Shown here piece by piece: positions 28,459-38,899 of a stretch of DNA of 56,149 nt (position 1 is its first letter; the number at the start of each line of letters is the position of its first letter). Position numbers and translations under genes: made by a program. The notes below the pieces were generated by a model. It was given only the letters and a program-made list of their open reading frames with translations. It did no database searches and was not told the origin of the DNA. The DNA comes from Minisyncoccia bacterium (GTDB lineage: Bacteria; Patescibacteriota; Minisyncoccia; UBA6257; 2-01-FULL-56-20), in assembly GCA_050008535.1 (NCBI GenBank), contig JBEKML010000002.1, forward strand, positions 90,732-146,880. The letters are read 5' to 3'.

Positions 28459-29856
28459 CTATAGAGCCGGCAGTTCGCTGTAACGCTTATCGATCGTTTT
28501 GAAGGTGACCCGTTCGGCGTCAAAGGCGACTTCAACCTCGCCGATGGGGCCGTTGCGGTGCTTTGCGATGAGGATTTGCGTGACGTTCTGCCCGTCGCCG
28601 CCCGCGCCGCTGCCGCTCCCGTCGCCGCCAATGTCCAGCGTGTCCGCCGCCTTATCTTTGCGGTAAATGAACATCACGATGTCCGCGTCCTGTTCAATGG
28701 AGCCGGAATCGCGGAGGTCAGAAAGGCGGGGGACCTTGTGGTCGCGTTGCTCCACGCCGCGCGAGAGCTGCGAAACGGCGAGCACCGGCACCTTCAATTC
28801 GCGCGCAAGCGCCTTCAGTCCGCGCGATATTTCCGTGACCTGCTGGACCATGCTGTCGATATTTGCGCGCGGGCGGATGAGCTGGAGATAATCCACGATC
28901 AAAAGGTCCAGGCCGTGCTCCACCTGCAGGCGCCGCGCCATGGAGCGCATCTGCATGATATTCAGGGACGGCGTGTCGTCTATAAAAAGTTTCGTGCCCG
29001 AGAGCCGGTCAAGCGCGCTCTGGATCATGCTGAATTCTGTGTCGCTTTTGATGCGGCCGGTCAGGATGTTCCAGAGGGGTACCTGCGACTCGGCGGAAAT
29101 GATGCGGTCAATGACCTGCTCGCGCGACATTTCAATCGAGAAAATGCCGATCGTGTGGCCCGCGAGGGCAGCATTCCGGGCGATGTCCAGTGCGAACGCG
29201 GTTTTACCGGTGGACGGCCGGCCGCCCAAAATAATAAGGTCGGATTTTTGCAAACCGGAAAGTTTGTTGTCGAGCGTCGTGAACCCCGTGGGAACCCCGC
29301 GCAGTTTGTCGCCGCCTTCGTGGAGCTTCGCCATACGTTCGTACGCGCCCTTCAGTTCTTCTTTCATGGGGATGAAGTTCTGCGGGGTAGATTTCTGCGA
29401 AATGGAAAGGATCTTTTGTTCAACGTCGTCCATCAAGTCCTCCAGTTCATTTGACGGTTCAAAGGCGTCCTCCGTGATCTCCGCGGACACCTTGATAAGA
29501 TCGCGGAGCACTTTATTCTTTTTTACGATGCCCGCGTAATGCGCGACGTGCGATGCGGTCGTCACCTGGTTCGTAAGTTCGGCAAGATAGCTTGAACCGC
29601 CGACCTCTTTCAGGAAATCCTTTTCTTTCAGGAAGTTGGTAAGGCTCATCACGTCGATCGGCTGCCGCTTTTCGTAAAGGACGAGGATCGCGTCGTAGAT
29701 CCTCCCGTGCGCAGGGGAATAGAAGTCGTCGGGAACCAAAAGGTCCGCCACGCGGAAGATCGCATTCTTGTCAATCAAAACGCTGCCCAAGACCGCCTGT
29801 TCGGCCTCGAGATTTTGCGGCGGGATCTTCAGTTGTGATTTTTTGGTTGCGGCCAT
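28459..29856 (-). CDS. dnaB: replicative DNA helicase
   Basis: PPQNLEAEQAVLG, GRPSTGKT, IVDYLQL, SQLSR, DLRDSGSIEQDAD, AKHRNGP. Confidence 0.98.
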   Translation of the reverse strand: MAATKKSQLKIPPQNLEAEQAVLGSVLIDKNAIFRVADLLVPDDFYSPAHGRIYDAILVLYEKRQPIDVMSLTNFLKEKDFLKEVGGSSYLAELTNQVTTASHVAHYAGIVKKNKVLRDLIKVSAEITEDAFEPSNELEDLMDDVEQKILSISQKSTPQNFIPMKEELKGAYERMAKLHEGGDKLRGVPTGFTTLDNKLSGLQKSDLIILGGRPSTGKTAFALDIARNAALAGHTIGIFSIEMSREQVIDRIISAESQVPLWNILTGRIKSDTEFSMIQSALDRLSGTKLFIDDTPSLNIMQMRSMARRLQVEHGLDLLIVDYLQLIRPRANIDSMVQQVTEISRGLKALARELKVPVLAVSQLSRGVEQRDHKVPRLSDLRDSGSIEQDADIVMFIYRKDKAADTLDIGGDGSGSGAGGDGQNVTQILIAKHRNGPIGEVEVAFDAERVTFKTIDKRYSELPAL

Positions 29857-31277
29857 AAGAAGGGACCTTGAGGAGTATCCTCAATCTCATATCCTAGGCC
29901 TTTTATCTCCTTGCGCAAGCGGTCGGCCTGCTCAAATTGTTTATTACCTCTGGATTGCTCCCGTTCTTTTGCCAAATCCTCTATTTTTTCCGGAATTTTA
30001 GGAATTTTTAATGAAAAACCCAGCAGATCCATGGAATCGCTCAAATAGTCCTTAATGATCTTGATATCGGCTTTGCCGAGCTTCCAGACCCCGTCTTGGT
30101 GGCGGGCGATGGTGCTGAAGATACCCGCGACGGCAAGCGGCGTATTAACGTCGTCCGCGAGGGAATCAGAAAGGTCCTTTCGGGCGGACTCAATTTCGTT
30201 TTTGATCGCAGCAGAAGAACCGACCGTGGCGGAGTCCGCCGCGCCGGCGTTTTTCTCCGAAAATAAAAGCTTTGCAAGAAATTCTTTTATAAGGTCCAGC
30301 GCCGATTGTGCCTGCTTGGCCGAGTCGTCGGAGTAGTCCATGGGCGAGCGGTAATGATGGCTCAACGTTATCCATTGTAATATTTCCGGCGGATATTTTT
30401 TGAGAAAATCGCGGATGGTGATAAAATTTCCCAAACTCTTGGACATCTTCTTTCCTTTCACAAGCAGCGTGCCGGTGTGCATCCAGATCCCTACGAAAGG
30501 TTTTCTGCCCGATGCGGATTCCTGCTGCGCGATCTCCGCTTCGTGGTGGGGGAACTTGAGGTCAACGCCGCCGCCGTGGATATCGTACTGCGGCCCGAAA
30601 TAAAATTCGGTGATGGCGGTATCTTCAATGTGCCATCCGGGCCGGCCGCTGCCGAGGTTCGCGCCGGGCCACGCGGGTTCGCCGGGCTTCGAAAATTTCC
30701 AGAGGCAGAAATCGCCCCTGTTGCGCTTCCCGACGGCCTCGTCAATGCGCGACACGGAATCCTCGGCTTCACGCGCGGTGCGGCCGGACAGTTTTCCGTA
30801 GTCAGGATCTTTTGCGATGTCAAAATACCAGCCGTCGCCGTCTATTTTATACGCATATCCCTTGTCGATCAGTCGTTCCACCTGTCCCACGATCTGCGAA
30901 ATGAATTTCGTCGCCGGTGCGTAGAGGATCTTGTCCGATTTTTCGTTCTCGTCGTCGGTCATATGAATGCCAAGCGCCTCCATGTCCTTCAAATACGCCT
31001 CCATAAAAAACCGTGCGAGCTCCTCGGGCTTTTTGTTCTCTTCCGCCGCGCGCCTGATGATCTTGTCGTCAATGTCGGTGACGTTCTGGAGATAGAATAC
31101 ATCATAGCCGCGCGTGCGGAGATATTTTGCGAAAAAATCGAAGAAAATATAGGTTCGCGCGTGGCCGATGTGCGCGTAGTCATAAACGGTGGGGCCGCAG
31201 ACAAAGAAGCGTATTTTTTTCTGGTCGGGCGGAAGCTCTTTTTTGTCCCGCGTGAGCGTGTCGTACAGCTTGATCAT
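29829..31277 (-). CDS. cysS: cysteine--tRNA ligase
   Basis: CGPTVYD, HIGH, GRPGWHIE, FPHHE, KMSKS. Confidence 0.98.
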   Translation of the reverse strand: MIKLYDTLTRDKKELPPDQKKIRFFVCGPTVYDYAHIGHARTYIFFDFFAKYLRTRGYDVFYLQNVTDIDDKIIRRAAEENKKPEELARFFMEAYLKDMEALGIHMTDDENEKSDKILYAPATKFISQIVGQVERLIDKGYAYKIDGDGWYFDIAKDPDYGKLSGRTAREAEDSVSRIDEAVGKRNRGDFCLWKFSKPGEPAWPGANLGSGRPGWHIEDTAITEFYFGPQYDIHGGGVDLKFPHHEAEIAQQESASGRKPFVGIWMHTGTLLVKGKKMSKSLGNFITIRDFLKKYPPEILQWITLSHHYRSPMDYSDDSAKQAQSALDLIKEFLAKLLFSEKNAGAADSATVGSSAAIKNEIESARKDLSDSLADDVNTPLAVAGIFSTIARHQDGVWKLGKADIKIIKDYLSDSMDLLGFSLKIPKIPEKIEDLAKEREQSRGNKQFEQADRLRKEIKGLGYEIEDTPQGPFLWPQPKNHN

Positions 31278-31287
31278 GCGCTCATTC

Positions 31288-32172
31288 CTAGAACCATCCC
31301 TTTTTTCTGAAATACGTGGCGAGTATGACTATCGCAATAACAATGAAGCCGGTTATGATCCAGAACGCCCCCGGAAGGTCAACGATCGGCGTGTCGCGCG
31401 TATTCATGGTAAAGAGCGTCGCGAAGAGCACGAAGGGGAACGTAAGGAAGGAAAGCGCAGTGAAGGTCTTCATGATGCTTGAGGTCTTGAGATTCATGAG
31501 CTGGTTGTTGGTGGCTTCGAAATCGGAAACGGTTTCGCGGTAATCTTCAAGCTGGCGCACTACCTTCGATTGATCGCCGATGAGATCGTTCAAATACACC
31601 TCCGTATCGTCTTCGTTCCAGAACCTTTTCCCCTTGGTGAGCAGGGAGTGGAGGATCGGCTCCTGCAGCTTCACGATGATGCGGTATTCGGAAATGTCGC
31701 GTTTCAGATACATGATACGCTCCAAGATTTCCTTTTCTTTCCCCTTGAACATGCTCTGGCCTACCGCCTCCACTTTTTCGCGGACATGCCGCAGCTGCCG
31801 CTCTTCATGGGTGACCAGATGCTCCACGAGCCGGTACAGAAGTTCAAGTGAATTTTTTTCGTGCTTCACTTCAAAATGCTCAAGTGCTTCGGTGAGCGGC
31901 TCATAATGGACGGTTGCGACGGCATTTTTTGTGACGATGAAATCAATTTCGGTGCGCACCGATGCTTCGTCGTCCGTGTCGTATTTTGGGAAATAATAGA
32001 CGAAAAAGAGATAGGCCCCGTGGGCTTCCACGCGCGCTCTGGCCGAGGGGCCCCGGAGCTCGTCCGCGATCACCGGATGCAGATCAAATTCTTCCTTGAG
32101 CCACGCAAGATCTTTCCCTGTGGGTTTTGGGACGTCGATCCACTGGACGTTCTTGTTCTTTTTGATGTCCAT
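31288..32172 (-). CDS. corA: CorA-family divalent cation transporter
   Basis: Large soluble N-domain with WID..P and FDLHP; two C-terminal TMs; xMN motif (TMN); KKGWF end. Confidence 0.85.
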   Translation of the reverse strand: MDIKKNKNVQWIDVPKPTGKDLAWLKEEFDLHPVIADELRGPSARARVEAHGAYLFFVYYFPKYDTDDEASVRTEIDFIVTKNAVATVHYEPLTEALEHFEVKHEKNSLELLYRLVEHLVTHEERQLRHVREKVEAVGQSMFKGKEKEILERIMYLKRDISEYRIIVKLQEPILHSLLTKGKRFWNEDDTEVYLNDLIGDQSKVVRQLEDYRETVSDFEATNNQLMNLKTSSIMKTFTALSFLTFPFVLFATLFTMNTRDTPIVDLPGAFWIITGFIVIAIVILATYFRKKGWF

Positions 32173-32201
32173 TTGAGATTATTGTAGCACACCGCGTCCC
32201 G

Positions 32202-32228
32202 TTGGCACTCACTTGACATGACTGCTAA
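32202..32228. promoter_or_regulatory. CIRCE element (HrcA operator) overlapping the hrcA promoter
   Basis: TTGGCACTC-N9-GACTGCTAA versus consensus TTAGCACTC-N9-GAGTGCTAA; TTGACA (32213) inside it, TATAAT at 32235. Confidence 0.9.
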
Positions 32229-32247
32229 TCGCGCTATAATGACGATA

Positions 32248-32928
32248 ATGAGCGCGATGAACGAACGGACGGCGCATATCTTGGAGGCGGCGATCCAGAG
32301 CTTTATTGACGTCGGCGATCCGGTGAGCTCGGGTTGGCTCTTTGAGCATTATGATTTTGGCATCAAGCCGGCGATGATCCGGCTGGAATTGGACGCGCTC
32401 ACAGACGGGGGCTACTTGGAACAGCCGCACCATTCGGCGGGGCGCGTGCCGACGGACAGGGGCTATGAATTTTTTGTGAAACGGCTTTTGGGAAGCGCGC
32501 CGGAACTGCGCGAACCGACATTGAATGAACTTTTTGAGGAACGCGCGTGGCCGGACCTTTTAGAGCGGCTTTCCGCGGAGCTGGGACTACTGGGTGTCGT
32601 CGCGGACCGCACGCGCGCTATGGTCTACAAGACGGGGCTTGAAGCGCTCGTGGGCCGGCTGGATTTTGAAGATCGTGAAGGGCTCCGTTCGGTGATCCAT
32701 GATTTTGAAGCGATGGACGAACGGGCGCCGCGCGCGGCGGAGCGCATAGGCCTCGCGGGGAGCGATCCCTGCGTATTTATCGGCAAAAAGAGCCCGGTGA
32801 CAAAAAGCGAAGACCTTTCCGTGATCTGCGGCAATTATCGAACCGGCAACACGACGGTTTCCATCTTCGCCATCGGTCCCAAACGGATGGATTACAAAAA
32901 GGTCATACGAATATTTAAAGGGCTATAA
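32248..32928 (+). CDS. hrcA: heat-inducible transcription repressor HrcA (short form; alternative start 32257)
   Basis: PVSS, PAMIR, GYLEQPHHSAGRVPTDRGY, IGPKRMDY; upstream of grpE-dnaK. Confidence 0.92.
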   Translation: MSAMNERTAHILEAAIQSFIDVGDPVSSGWLFEHYDFGIKPAMIRLELDALTDGGYLEQPHHSAGRVPTDRGYEFFVKRLLGSAPELREPTLNELFEERAWPDLLERLSAELGLLGVVADRTRAMVYKTGLEALVGRLDFEDREGLRSVIHDFEAMDERAPRAAERIGLAGSDPCVFIGKKSPVTKSEDLSVICGNYRTGNTTVSIFAIGPKRMDYKKVIRIFKGL

Positions 32929-32945
32929 GGGTTATAATAAACACC

Positions 32946-33482
32946 ATGGCGGACGAAACGCAAAAAAATAATCAAAACGGCGGCGCGCCGGAGAGCGGCA
33001 ACGGCAGTGCCGCGCCGAGCGATGCGGCGGCGCTTCGGGATATGCTCGCGGCGGCCGAGCGGCAGCGCGACGAATATCTGGCGGGCTGGCAGCGCGCGAA
33101 GGCGGACTTCATCAATTATAAAAAAGAGGAATTCGCACATCTGCGGGAGGTGGCGCAATACGGGAGCGAGGATCTGATCAAGGACCTTGTCGCGGTGCTC
33201 GATAATTTTGATCTTGGGCTGCGGTCGCTTGAAAAAAGCGGGCCGGTGGAAAAGGGGGTGTACCTTATCCGCTCGCAGATAGAAGATATTTTGAAAAAGC
33301 GCGGGTTGGAAAGGATAGCGATCAAGCCGGGCGATGCGTTTGATCCGGGTATAGCGGAAGCGATGGCGGAAGTGCCGTCGGAGAGCCCCCCGGGAACGGT
33401 CGTGGAGGAAATAGAACCCGGCTACCGCCTCTATGAAAAGGTATTGCGGGCCGCGCGCGTCATTGTAGCGAAAGCAAAGTAA
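32946..33482 (+). CDS. grpE: nucleotide exchange factor GrpE
   Basis: RAKADFINYKK, FDP..EA, GY.L..KVLR.A.V. Confidence 0.95.
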   Translation: MADETQKNNQNGGAPESGNGSAAPSDAAALRDMLAAAERQRDEYLAGWQRAKADFINYKKEEFAHLREVAQYGSEDLIKDLVAVLDNFDLGLRSLEKSGPVEKGVYLIRSQIEDILKKRGLERIAIKPGDAFDPGIAEAMAEVPSESPPGTVVEEIEPGYRLYEKVLRAARVIVAKAK

Positions 33483-33518
33483 AACAAGTCGAAAATAAAC
33501 ATTAATAAATATAAAAAC

Positions 33519-35420
33519 ATGGCAAAAATTTTAGGGATTGACCTGGGGACGACGAATTCCGCGGTCGCGGTGACGGAGGGCGGCGAGCCGCGCATTTTGG
33601 AGAACGCGGAAGGCAATCGCACGACGCCGTCGATCGTGGCGATTTCAAAATCCAACGAACGGTTGGTGGGTTTGCTCGCGAAGCGGCAGTCGGTGACAAA
33701 CCCCAAAAACACTATTTTCTCGGTGAAGCGCCTGGTCGGGCGGAAATTTACCGATCTGGAGGTGCAGCGCGACAAAGCGTGGCTCCCGTACGATATGCGG
33801 GCAAGTGCGACTGGCGGCGTGGAAGTGAAAATGGGCGACAAGTGGTATTCGCCGGAGGAGATATCCGCATTCATTCTGGGTAAACTGAAGGCGGATGCGG
33901 AAGCAAAACTCGGTGAGAAAATCGAAGAGGCGGTGATCACGGTGCCCGCGTATTTTGACGATTCGGAGCGGCAGGCGACGAAAAACGCGGGCGAGATCGC
34001 GGGGTTCAAGGTGCGGCGCATCATCAATGAACCGACCGCGGCGGCCTTGGCATACGGTTTGAACAAACAAAAGAGCGAAAAGATCGTCGTTTACGACTTC
34101 GGCGGCGGGACGTTCGACATTTCGGTGCTTGAAGTGGGCGATGACACGGTGGAAGTAAAAGCGACCGGCGGCGATACCCACTTGGGCGGCGATGATTTTG
34201 ACAAGAAGATCCAGGAATTTCTGGTTGCGGAATATAAGAAGCAGGACGGCATCGACATCTCCAAAGACCCGCTCGCGGTGCAGCGCTTGAAAGAAGCAGC
34301 AGAGAAAGCGAAGCACGAACTCTCGACGGCGATGGAGACGGAGGTCAATATTCCCTATATCACATCCGATGCCCAGGGGCCGAAGCACTTCCAGATAAAA
34401 ATGACGCGCGCAAAGCTGGAGTCGCTGGTCGCGGAATACATTGATCGTTCGATCCAGCTTACGAAAGAAACAGTGACGTCGCCCACCCCGAAAGGCGCCG
34501 GGTTCCAGTTCGGCGAGATCAACGAAGTGATCCTTGTCGGCGGCCAGACGCGCATGCCTGCGATACAGGAAGCAGTAAAAAAACTTTTCGGCAAGGATCC
34601 GCACCAAGGGATCAATCCGGACGAGGTCGTGGCGGCGGGCGCCGCGGTGCAGGCGGGCATCTTGCAGGGCGACGTGAAGGACATTCTTCTTTTGGATGTG
34701 ACGCCGCTCACGCTTTCTATTGAAACCTTTGGCGCGGTCGCTACGCCCATGATCCCCAAGAATACGACGGTGCCAACGGCAAAGACGCAGATTTTTTCCA
34801 CGGCCGCGGACAATCAAACGTCGGTGGAGGTGCATGTGACACAGGGCGAGCGTCCGATGGCGGCGGACAATAAAACACTTGCGCGGTTCATGTTGGACGG
34901 CATTCCGCCCTCGCCGCGCGGCCTGCCGCAGATCGAGGTTATCTTCGACATTGACGCGAACGGCATTCTGAACGTTTCCGCGAAGGACAAAGCGACGGGG
35001 AAAACGCAATCGGTGAAGATCCAGGCATCCACAAATCTTTCAAAGGATGAAATCGAGAAATTGAAAAAAGAAGCAGCCGAGCACGCGGCGGAGGATGCGA
35101 AGAAAAAAGAATTGATCGAAGCGCGTAACCAGGCCGAGGCGCTCGTCTACACGACAGAGAAGGCGCTCAAGGACGCGGGCGAAAAGGTGCCGGCGGAAGT
35201 AAAGGCCGCGGTCGCGGAGAAACTGGAAGCGGTGAAAAAAGCGAAAGACGGCGAGGATACGGCTGCGATCCAGGCGGCAACCACGGCGCTTTCCGCAGAG
35301 ATTCAAAAAATCGGCCAAGCGTTCTATAATAAAGACAATGGTAGACCTGAGGGAGGTAATGGCGGGAACGATGAAACCGACGGTGCCGGTCCCGGGCCAA
35401 AACCTGATCAATCAAGCTAG
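33519..35420 (+). CDS. dnaK: chaperone DnaK
   Basis: [41 protein letters not shown]. Confidence 0.99.
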   Translation: MAKILGIDLGTTNSAVAVTEGGEPRILENAEGNRTTPSIVAISKSNERLVGLLAKRQSVTNPKNTIFSVKRLVGRKFTDLEVQRDKAWLPYDMRASATGGVEVKMGDKWYSPEEISAFILGKLKADAEAKLGEKIEEAVITVPAYFDDSERQATKNAGEIAGFKVRRIINEPTAAALAYGLNKQKSEKIVVYDFGGGTFDISVLEVGDDTVEVKATGGDTHLGGDDFDKKIQEFLVAEYKKQDGIDISKDPLAVQRLKEAAEKAKHELSTAMETEVNIPYITSDAQGPKHFQIKMTRAKLESLVAEYIDRSIQLTKETVTSPTPKGAGFQFGEINEVILVGGQTRMPAIQEAVKKLFGKDPHQGINPDEVVAAGAAVQAGILQGDVKDILLLDVTPLTLSIETFGAVATPMIPKNTTVPTAKTQIFSTAADNQTSVEVHVTQGERPMAADNKTLARFMLDGIPPSPRGLPQIEVIFDIDANGILNVSAKDKATGKTQSVKIQASTNLSKDEIEKLKKEAAEHAAEDAKKKELIEARNQAEALVYTTEKALKDAGEKVPAEVKAAVAEKLEAVKKAKDGEDTAAIQAATTALSAEIQKIGQAFYNKDNGRPEGGNGGNDETDGAGPGPKPDQSS

Positions 35421-36375
35421 AAGCGTAAATTTCACCAGGCCGCCGGGCTTTTGGAAGTCCATCGTGCTTGATCTTTTAAGCGTCTTTTCTGCGCTCTTTT
35501 TGGGGTATTCGTATCTCCAGTATCTCGCGAGGGGGTTTTCGCCATGGTACCTGTTCGGCGCATTTTTGGCGTTCTCCGCCTGTTCTGCTTTGCAGGTTCT
35601 CCTCACAAAGGGAGCCATGCGGCTGACCCTCGTCATTTTTTCGGAAGCGGTCGCGCTTGTCGTGTGCTTTGTGTTTTATACCGATTTGCAGATTGTCTTT
35701 ATTGCGGGCGTCGTGGCGTTTCTGGCGTTGCTCTGGGGATATTTTGCGAGCCGGTTGGAGGCGCAGAACGAGCTGGAAATCCGCTTTTTTAAAGTGACAC
35801 GGAATGTGCTCGGGAAGGTTATGACGGCGGTCCTGCTCGTTATGATCATCGTGTACGTCCCGCAAGCGCAAGGGGACCGGATCTTTGTGTCGCGGGAGAA
35901 TTTCAAAGTGTTTTTTGATTGGACCGCCGGCCTCCTCAACCCTTTTTATCCGAGCATTCCCTTCACTGGTTCGTTCGGGAATTTTTCGGAAAGTTTTGCA
36001 AAGGCGGGGCTTGCGGACAACCCTTCATTTAAAGCGCTCACGGCGGTGCAGCAAAGTACGGCTCTTGAACAGGCCGCAGCGGAATTATCGGGTACGGTGG
36101 CCAGGGCCACGGGCATAACCCCGACGCAGAACGATCAGGTAAGCGATGTGGCCTATGACTACACCATCGCAAGCCTTATGAACATGAAGAACAAATTTTC
36201 AACCCAATTCATCATTATATGGATCATCCTTCTCTTCCTTACCCTGCGGGTTGTGGGCATCGTCTTTGTCTGGATCGCGGAATGCGCGTCGCTCGTCGTG
36301 TACGAGATCCTTATCCTTGCCGGTTTTATGCGCATTGACGGGATCCCTCAAACCAAGGAACAAGTGGTCTATTAG
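35338..36375 (+). CDS. multi-pass membrane hypothetical protein overlapping the dnaK 3' end
   Basis: About 6-7 hydrophobic segments; fills the dnaK-dnaJ gap; start position uncertain. Confidence 0.75.
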   Translation: MVDLREVMAGTMKPTVPVPGQNLINQARSVNFTRPPGFWKSIVLDLLSVFSALFLGYSYLQYLARGFSPWYLFGAFLAFSACSALQVLLTKGAMRLTLVIFSEAVALVVCFVFYTDLQIVFIAGVVAFLALLWGYFASRLEAQNELEIRFFKVTRNVLGKVMTAVLLVMIIVYVPQAQGDRIFVSRENFKVFFDWTAGLLNPFYPSIPFTGSFGNFSESFAKAGLADNPSFKALTAVQQSTALEQAAAELSGTVARATGITPTQNDQVSDVAYDYTIASLMNMKNKFSTQFIIIWIILLFLTLRVVGIVFVWIAECASLVVYEILILAGFMRIDGIPQTKEQVVY

Positions 36376-36417
36376 TTAACGGATTTTTAATGTGCGCGGA
36401 GTATCATAAAGGACACC

Positions 36418-37533
36418 ATGCCAAAAAATTATTACGAAATCCTCGGCGTTGCGAAAACCGCTTCGGACGATGAAATAAAGAAAGCGTACCGCAGGCTTGC
36501 GCACCAGTACCATCCCGACAAAGCGGGCGGCGACGAGAAGAAATTCAAGGAGATCAACGAGGCGTACCAGGTGCTTTCGGACAAGATAAAGCGCACGCAG
36601 TACGACCGTTTTGGTTCTGCGGAGCCGATGGGCGGATTCGGCGGCGGATGGAGCGGCGCCCAGGGCGGGCAGTGGGGCGGGTTCCCGGGCGGCGGCTTTG
36701 GGTTTGATTTTGATCCGCAGGCGTTCGGCGACATGGGCGACCTCGGCGACGTTTTTGAGAGCTTTTTTGAGGGGATCGGCGTGCGCCCGTCGCGGAAGAC
36801 GTACGAACGCGGATCGGACCTTGAAATGCACGAAGAAATAACACTTGAAGAAGCGTTCCGGGGCGTGGCAAAGACGCTTCGTCTACGCACGTTCGTGCAA
36901 TGCGCGAAATGCGGCGGCAAGGGCGCGGAGGCGGGAAGTGGATTTGAAAAATGTTCTACGTGCGACGGGCGCGGGGAAATTCGCGAGCAGCGCAAGACGT
37001 TTTTCGGAGGATTTTCCCAACTGAAAGCATGCGCGAAATGCAGCGGCACGGGGGAGATCCCTAAAAAAGTATGCAGCGGGTGCAAAGGATCCGGCCGCGT
37101 GGAGGCCGATCGGGAAGTGAAGATCGAACTTCTGCCCGGCATTGAGGACAACCAGCTTATCAAGGTCAAGGGTATGGGCGAAGCGGGAGGGCGGGGTACC
37201 GCAGCAGGAGATCTCTACATCCGCGTGCGGGTGAAGCCGCATCACCTTTTTGAACGGCACGGGATCAATCTTGTCGTGGCGCAGGAACTGAAGATCGTAG
37301 ACCTCCTTCTCGGCAAGAAGATCGAAGTACGCACCATTTCCGGCGGGAAGATTACCGTCGAGATTCCCGCCGGGTTCAACTTGAAGGACAATCTCCGCAT
37401 CCCCGGCGAAGGCATGCCGCATTTCGGATCGCACGGCCGCGGCGACCTCTTTGTGAATTTCATCGTGAAGGCTCCGAAGCAGCCGAGCGCGAAGGTGAAA
37501 AAACTTTTGGAGGAACTGGGGGGAGAAGAATAA
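36418..37533 (+). CDS. dnaJ: chaperone DnaJ
   Basis: J domain HPD, G/F-rich region, four CxxCxGxG repeats. Confidence 0.98.
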   Translation: MPKNYYEILGVAKTASDDEIKKAYRRLAHQYHPDKAGGDEKKFKEINEAYQVLSDKIKRTQYDRFGSAEPMGGFGGGWSGAQGGQWGGFPGGGFGFDFDPQAFGDMGDLGDVFESFFEGIGVRPSRKTYERGSDLEMHEEITLEEAFRGVAKTLRLRTFVQCAKCGGKGAEAGSGFEKCSTCDGRGEIREQRKTFFGGFSQLKACAKCSGTGEIPKKVCSGCKGSGRVEADREVKIELLPGIEDNQLIKVKGMGEAGGRGTAAGDLYIRVRVKPHHLFERHGINLVVAQELKIVDLLLGKKIEVRTISGGKITVEIPAGFNLKDNLRIPGEGMPHFGSHGRGDLFVNFIVKAPKQPSAKVKKLLEELGGEE

Positions 37534-37537
37534 CCGC

Positions 37538-37951
37538 ATGGCGAAAAGTAAGGTCGCGATCTCTGCGGAAAGAAGTTCCGTGAAGCCCGCGGAGGCGGCG
37601 GCACTCTATATTGAACTTGGATGGGGGACGGCAAAGCGCTATTCGCCCGCGCGCATGAAGCGCTCGCTCGCGAACTGCAGCATCGTCGTTTCCGCGCGGA
37701 ACGGGGCTGGCGAATTGATCGGCCTCGCACGGGCGCTCACCGACCGCGCGCTGGATACGAAGATCCTGGATATGGTCGTGGCGCCCGAATATCAAAAACA
37801 GGGCATCGGCCGCGCCATGATGCGCCGCATTGAAGAACGCACAAAAGGCACCACGATCTATTTTGAAACCGAGCAGAAGAACTTTGACTTTGCCAAAAAA
37901 TGCGGCTACAAACGCCGGAAGGGACTTGCCGTTTTTGTAGGAAAAAACTAG
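37538..37951 (+). CDS. GNAT family N-acetyltransferase
   Basis: LIGLAR and VVAPEYQKQGIGRAMM (acetyl-CoA motif A). Confidence 0.9.
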   Translation: MAKSKVAISAERSSVKPAEAAALYIELGWGTAKRYSPARMKRSLANCSIVVSARNGAGELIGLARALTDRALDTKILDMVVAPEYQKQGIGRAMMRRIEERTKGTTIYFETEQKNFDFAKKCGYKRRKGLAVFVGKN

Positions 37952-38106
37952 ATTTTTTGCGGTTTTTTTCCTCAAGCCACCCCTGTGGATAAATGAAATT
38001 TGCGCACGGAGAAGATGGACGCTATGATTATATTGGTTCGTTGATGTTCGATGAGGTTGCTTGTGCTGGGCACCGAGCCCGGCCAAGACTCGAGGTGAAA
38101 AGGCCC

Positions 38107-38244
38107 ATGTTGAAGAATCGTTGTACCCTGAAACTGAACGCCGCCACGGGTGCGGTGTGGCAGATCGAGCTGGCCCTGGCGCAAACCCCGACCGAGGCTG
38201 TCACGCAGGCTGCTTCGCGGATCACGGCACAGCACGCTCCGTAG
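38107..38244 (+). CDS. possible 45-aa hypothetical protein
   Basis: GAGGTG SD; upstream TTGCGC-N17-TATGAT; followed by two strong hairpins. Confidence 0.25.
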   Translation: MLKNRCTLKLNAATGAVWQIELALAQTPTEAVTQAASRITAQHAP

Positions 38245-38371
38245 GCTCCTCTTGCGGTTTCCGCCCAGCTCCTCCTGCGGAAGCCGCGGTCTCATCATCT
38301 CTGTTGGTCATATCGTGCGGGCAAATCCCTCTGGGACTTGCCCGCATTGACGTTTTAAGAACTTCTTTTTG

Positions 38372-38444
38372 TGCCCCCACCAGGATTCGAACCTGGGACC
38401 GTCTCCTTAAAAGGGAGCTGCTCTACCAACTGAGCTATAGGGGC
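38372..38444 (-). tRNA. tRNA-Lys(UUU)
   Basis: Cloverleaf GCCCCTA..AGTTGGTA..CTTTTAA..GGTTCGAATCC..TGGGGGC-A; CCA not encoded. Confidence 0.93.
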
Positions 38445-38511
38445 GTACGGGTAATTTATAGCTATTATACGAAAAAATTCTGATATTTTCAACCTGTGAT
38501 AAAATAATCAC

Positions 38512-38898
38512 ATGGAGAACGTTCCCGTCCCATCCGTGCCGCCCACGGCCTTGCTTTGCCCCGTTTGCCATCTTGCCGTGCAGCCGGAATTTTATTTTTG
38601 CCCGAATTGCGGGAAGGCGCTCAAAGAAAGACCGCTCTCTGCATCGGGCACCACGCAGGCGTGGATCTATGCCTTGAGCATCGTGATGCCGATGATCGCA
38701 TTTTTGGCGATCAAGTATTGGCCGGGCATTCGATATCTGAAATCCCAGGATACAAATACGAAGTGGATCGGGATCGTTGCGACAGCGCTTATGGCCATTT
38801 CCACTATCGTGGTGTTTTGGTTGGCTATGGTGTGGACGCAAAACATAATCCAATCCTCTTTGAATAGTATCGGAAATCTGAGTGGTTTAAGCGGTTGA
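38512..38898 (+). CDS. zinc-ribbon domain membrane protein
   Basis: CPVC..FCPNCG followed by two TM segments. Confidence 0.8.
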   Translation: MENVPVPSVPPTALLCPVCHLAVQPEFYFCPNCGKALKERPLSASGTTQAWIYALSIVMPMIAFLAIKYWPGIRYLKSQDTNTKWIGIVATALMAISTIVVFWLAMVWTQNIIQSSLNSIGNLSGLSG

Positions 38899-38899
38899 A

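Noticed and set aside
33645-35009. 454-aa antisense ORF opposite dnaK (and similar shadows opposite dnaB, cysS, smc, proS, the acylase and the OmpA fusion)
   Set aside because: Typical shadow ORFs caused by codon bias in GC-rich genes; no independent motifs
37984-37992. Replication origin
   Set aside because: Only one perfect DnaA box noticed; no cluster, unwinding element or dnaA/dnaN nearby
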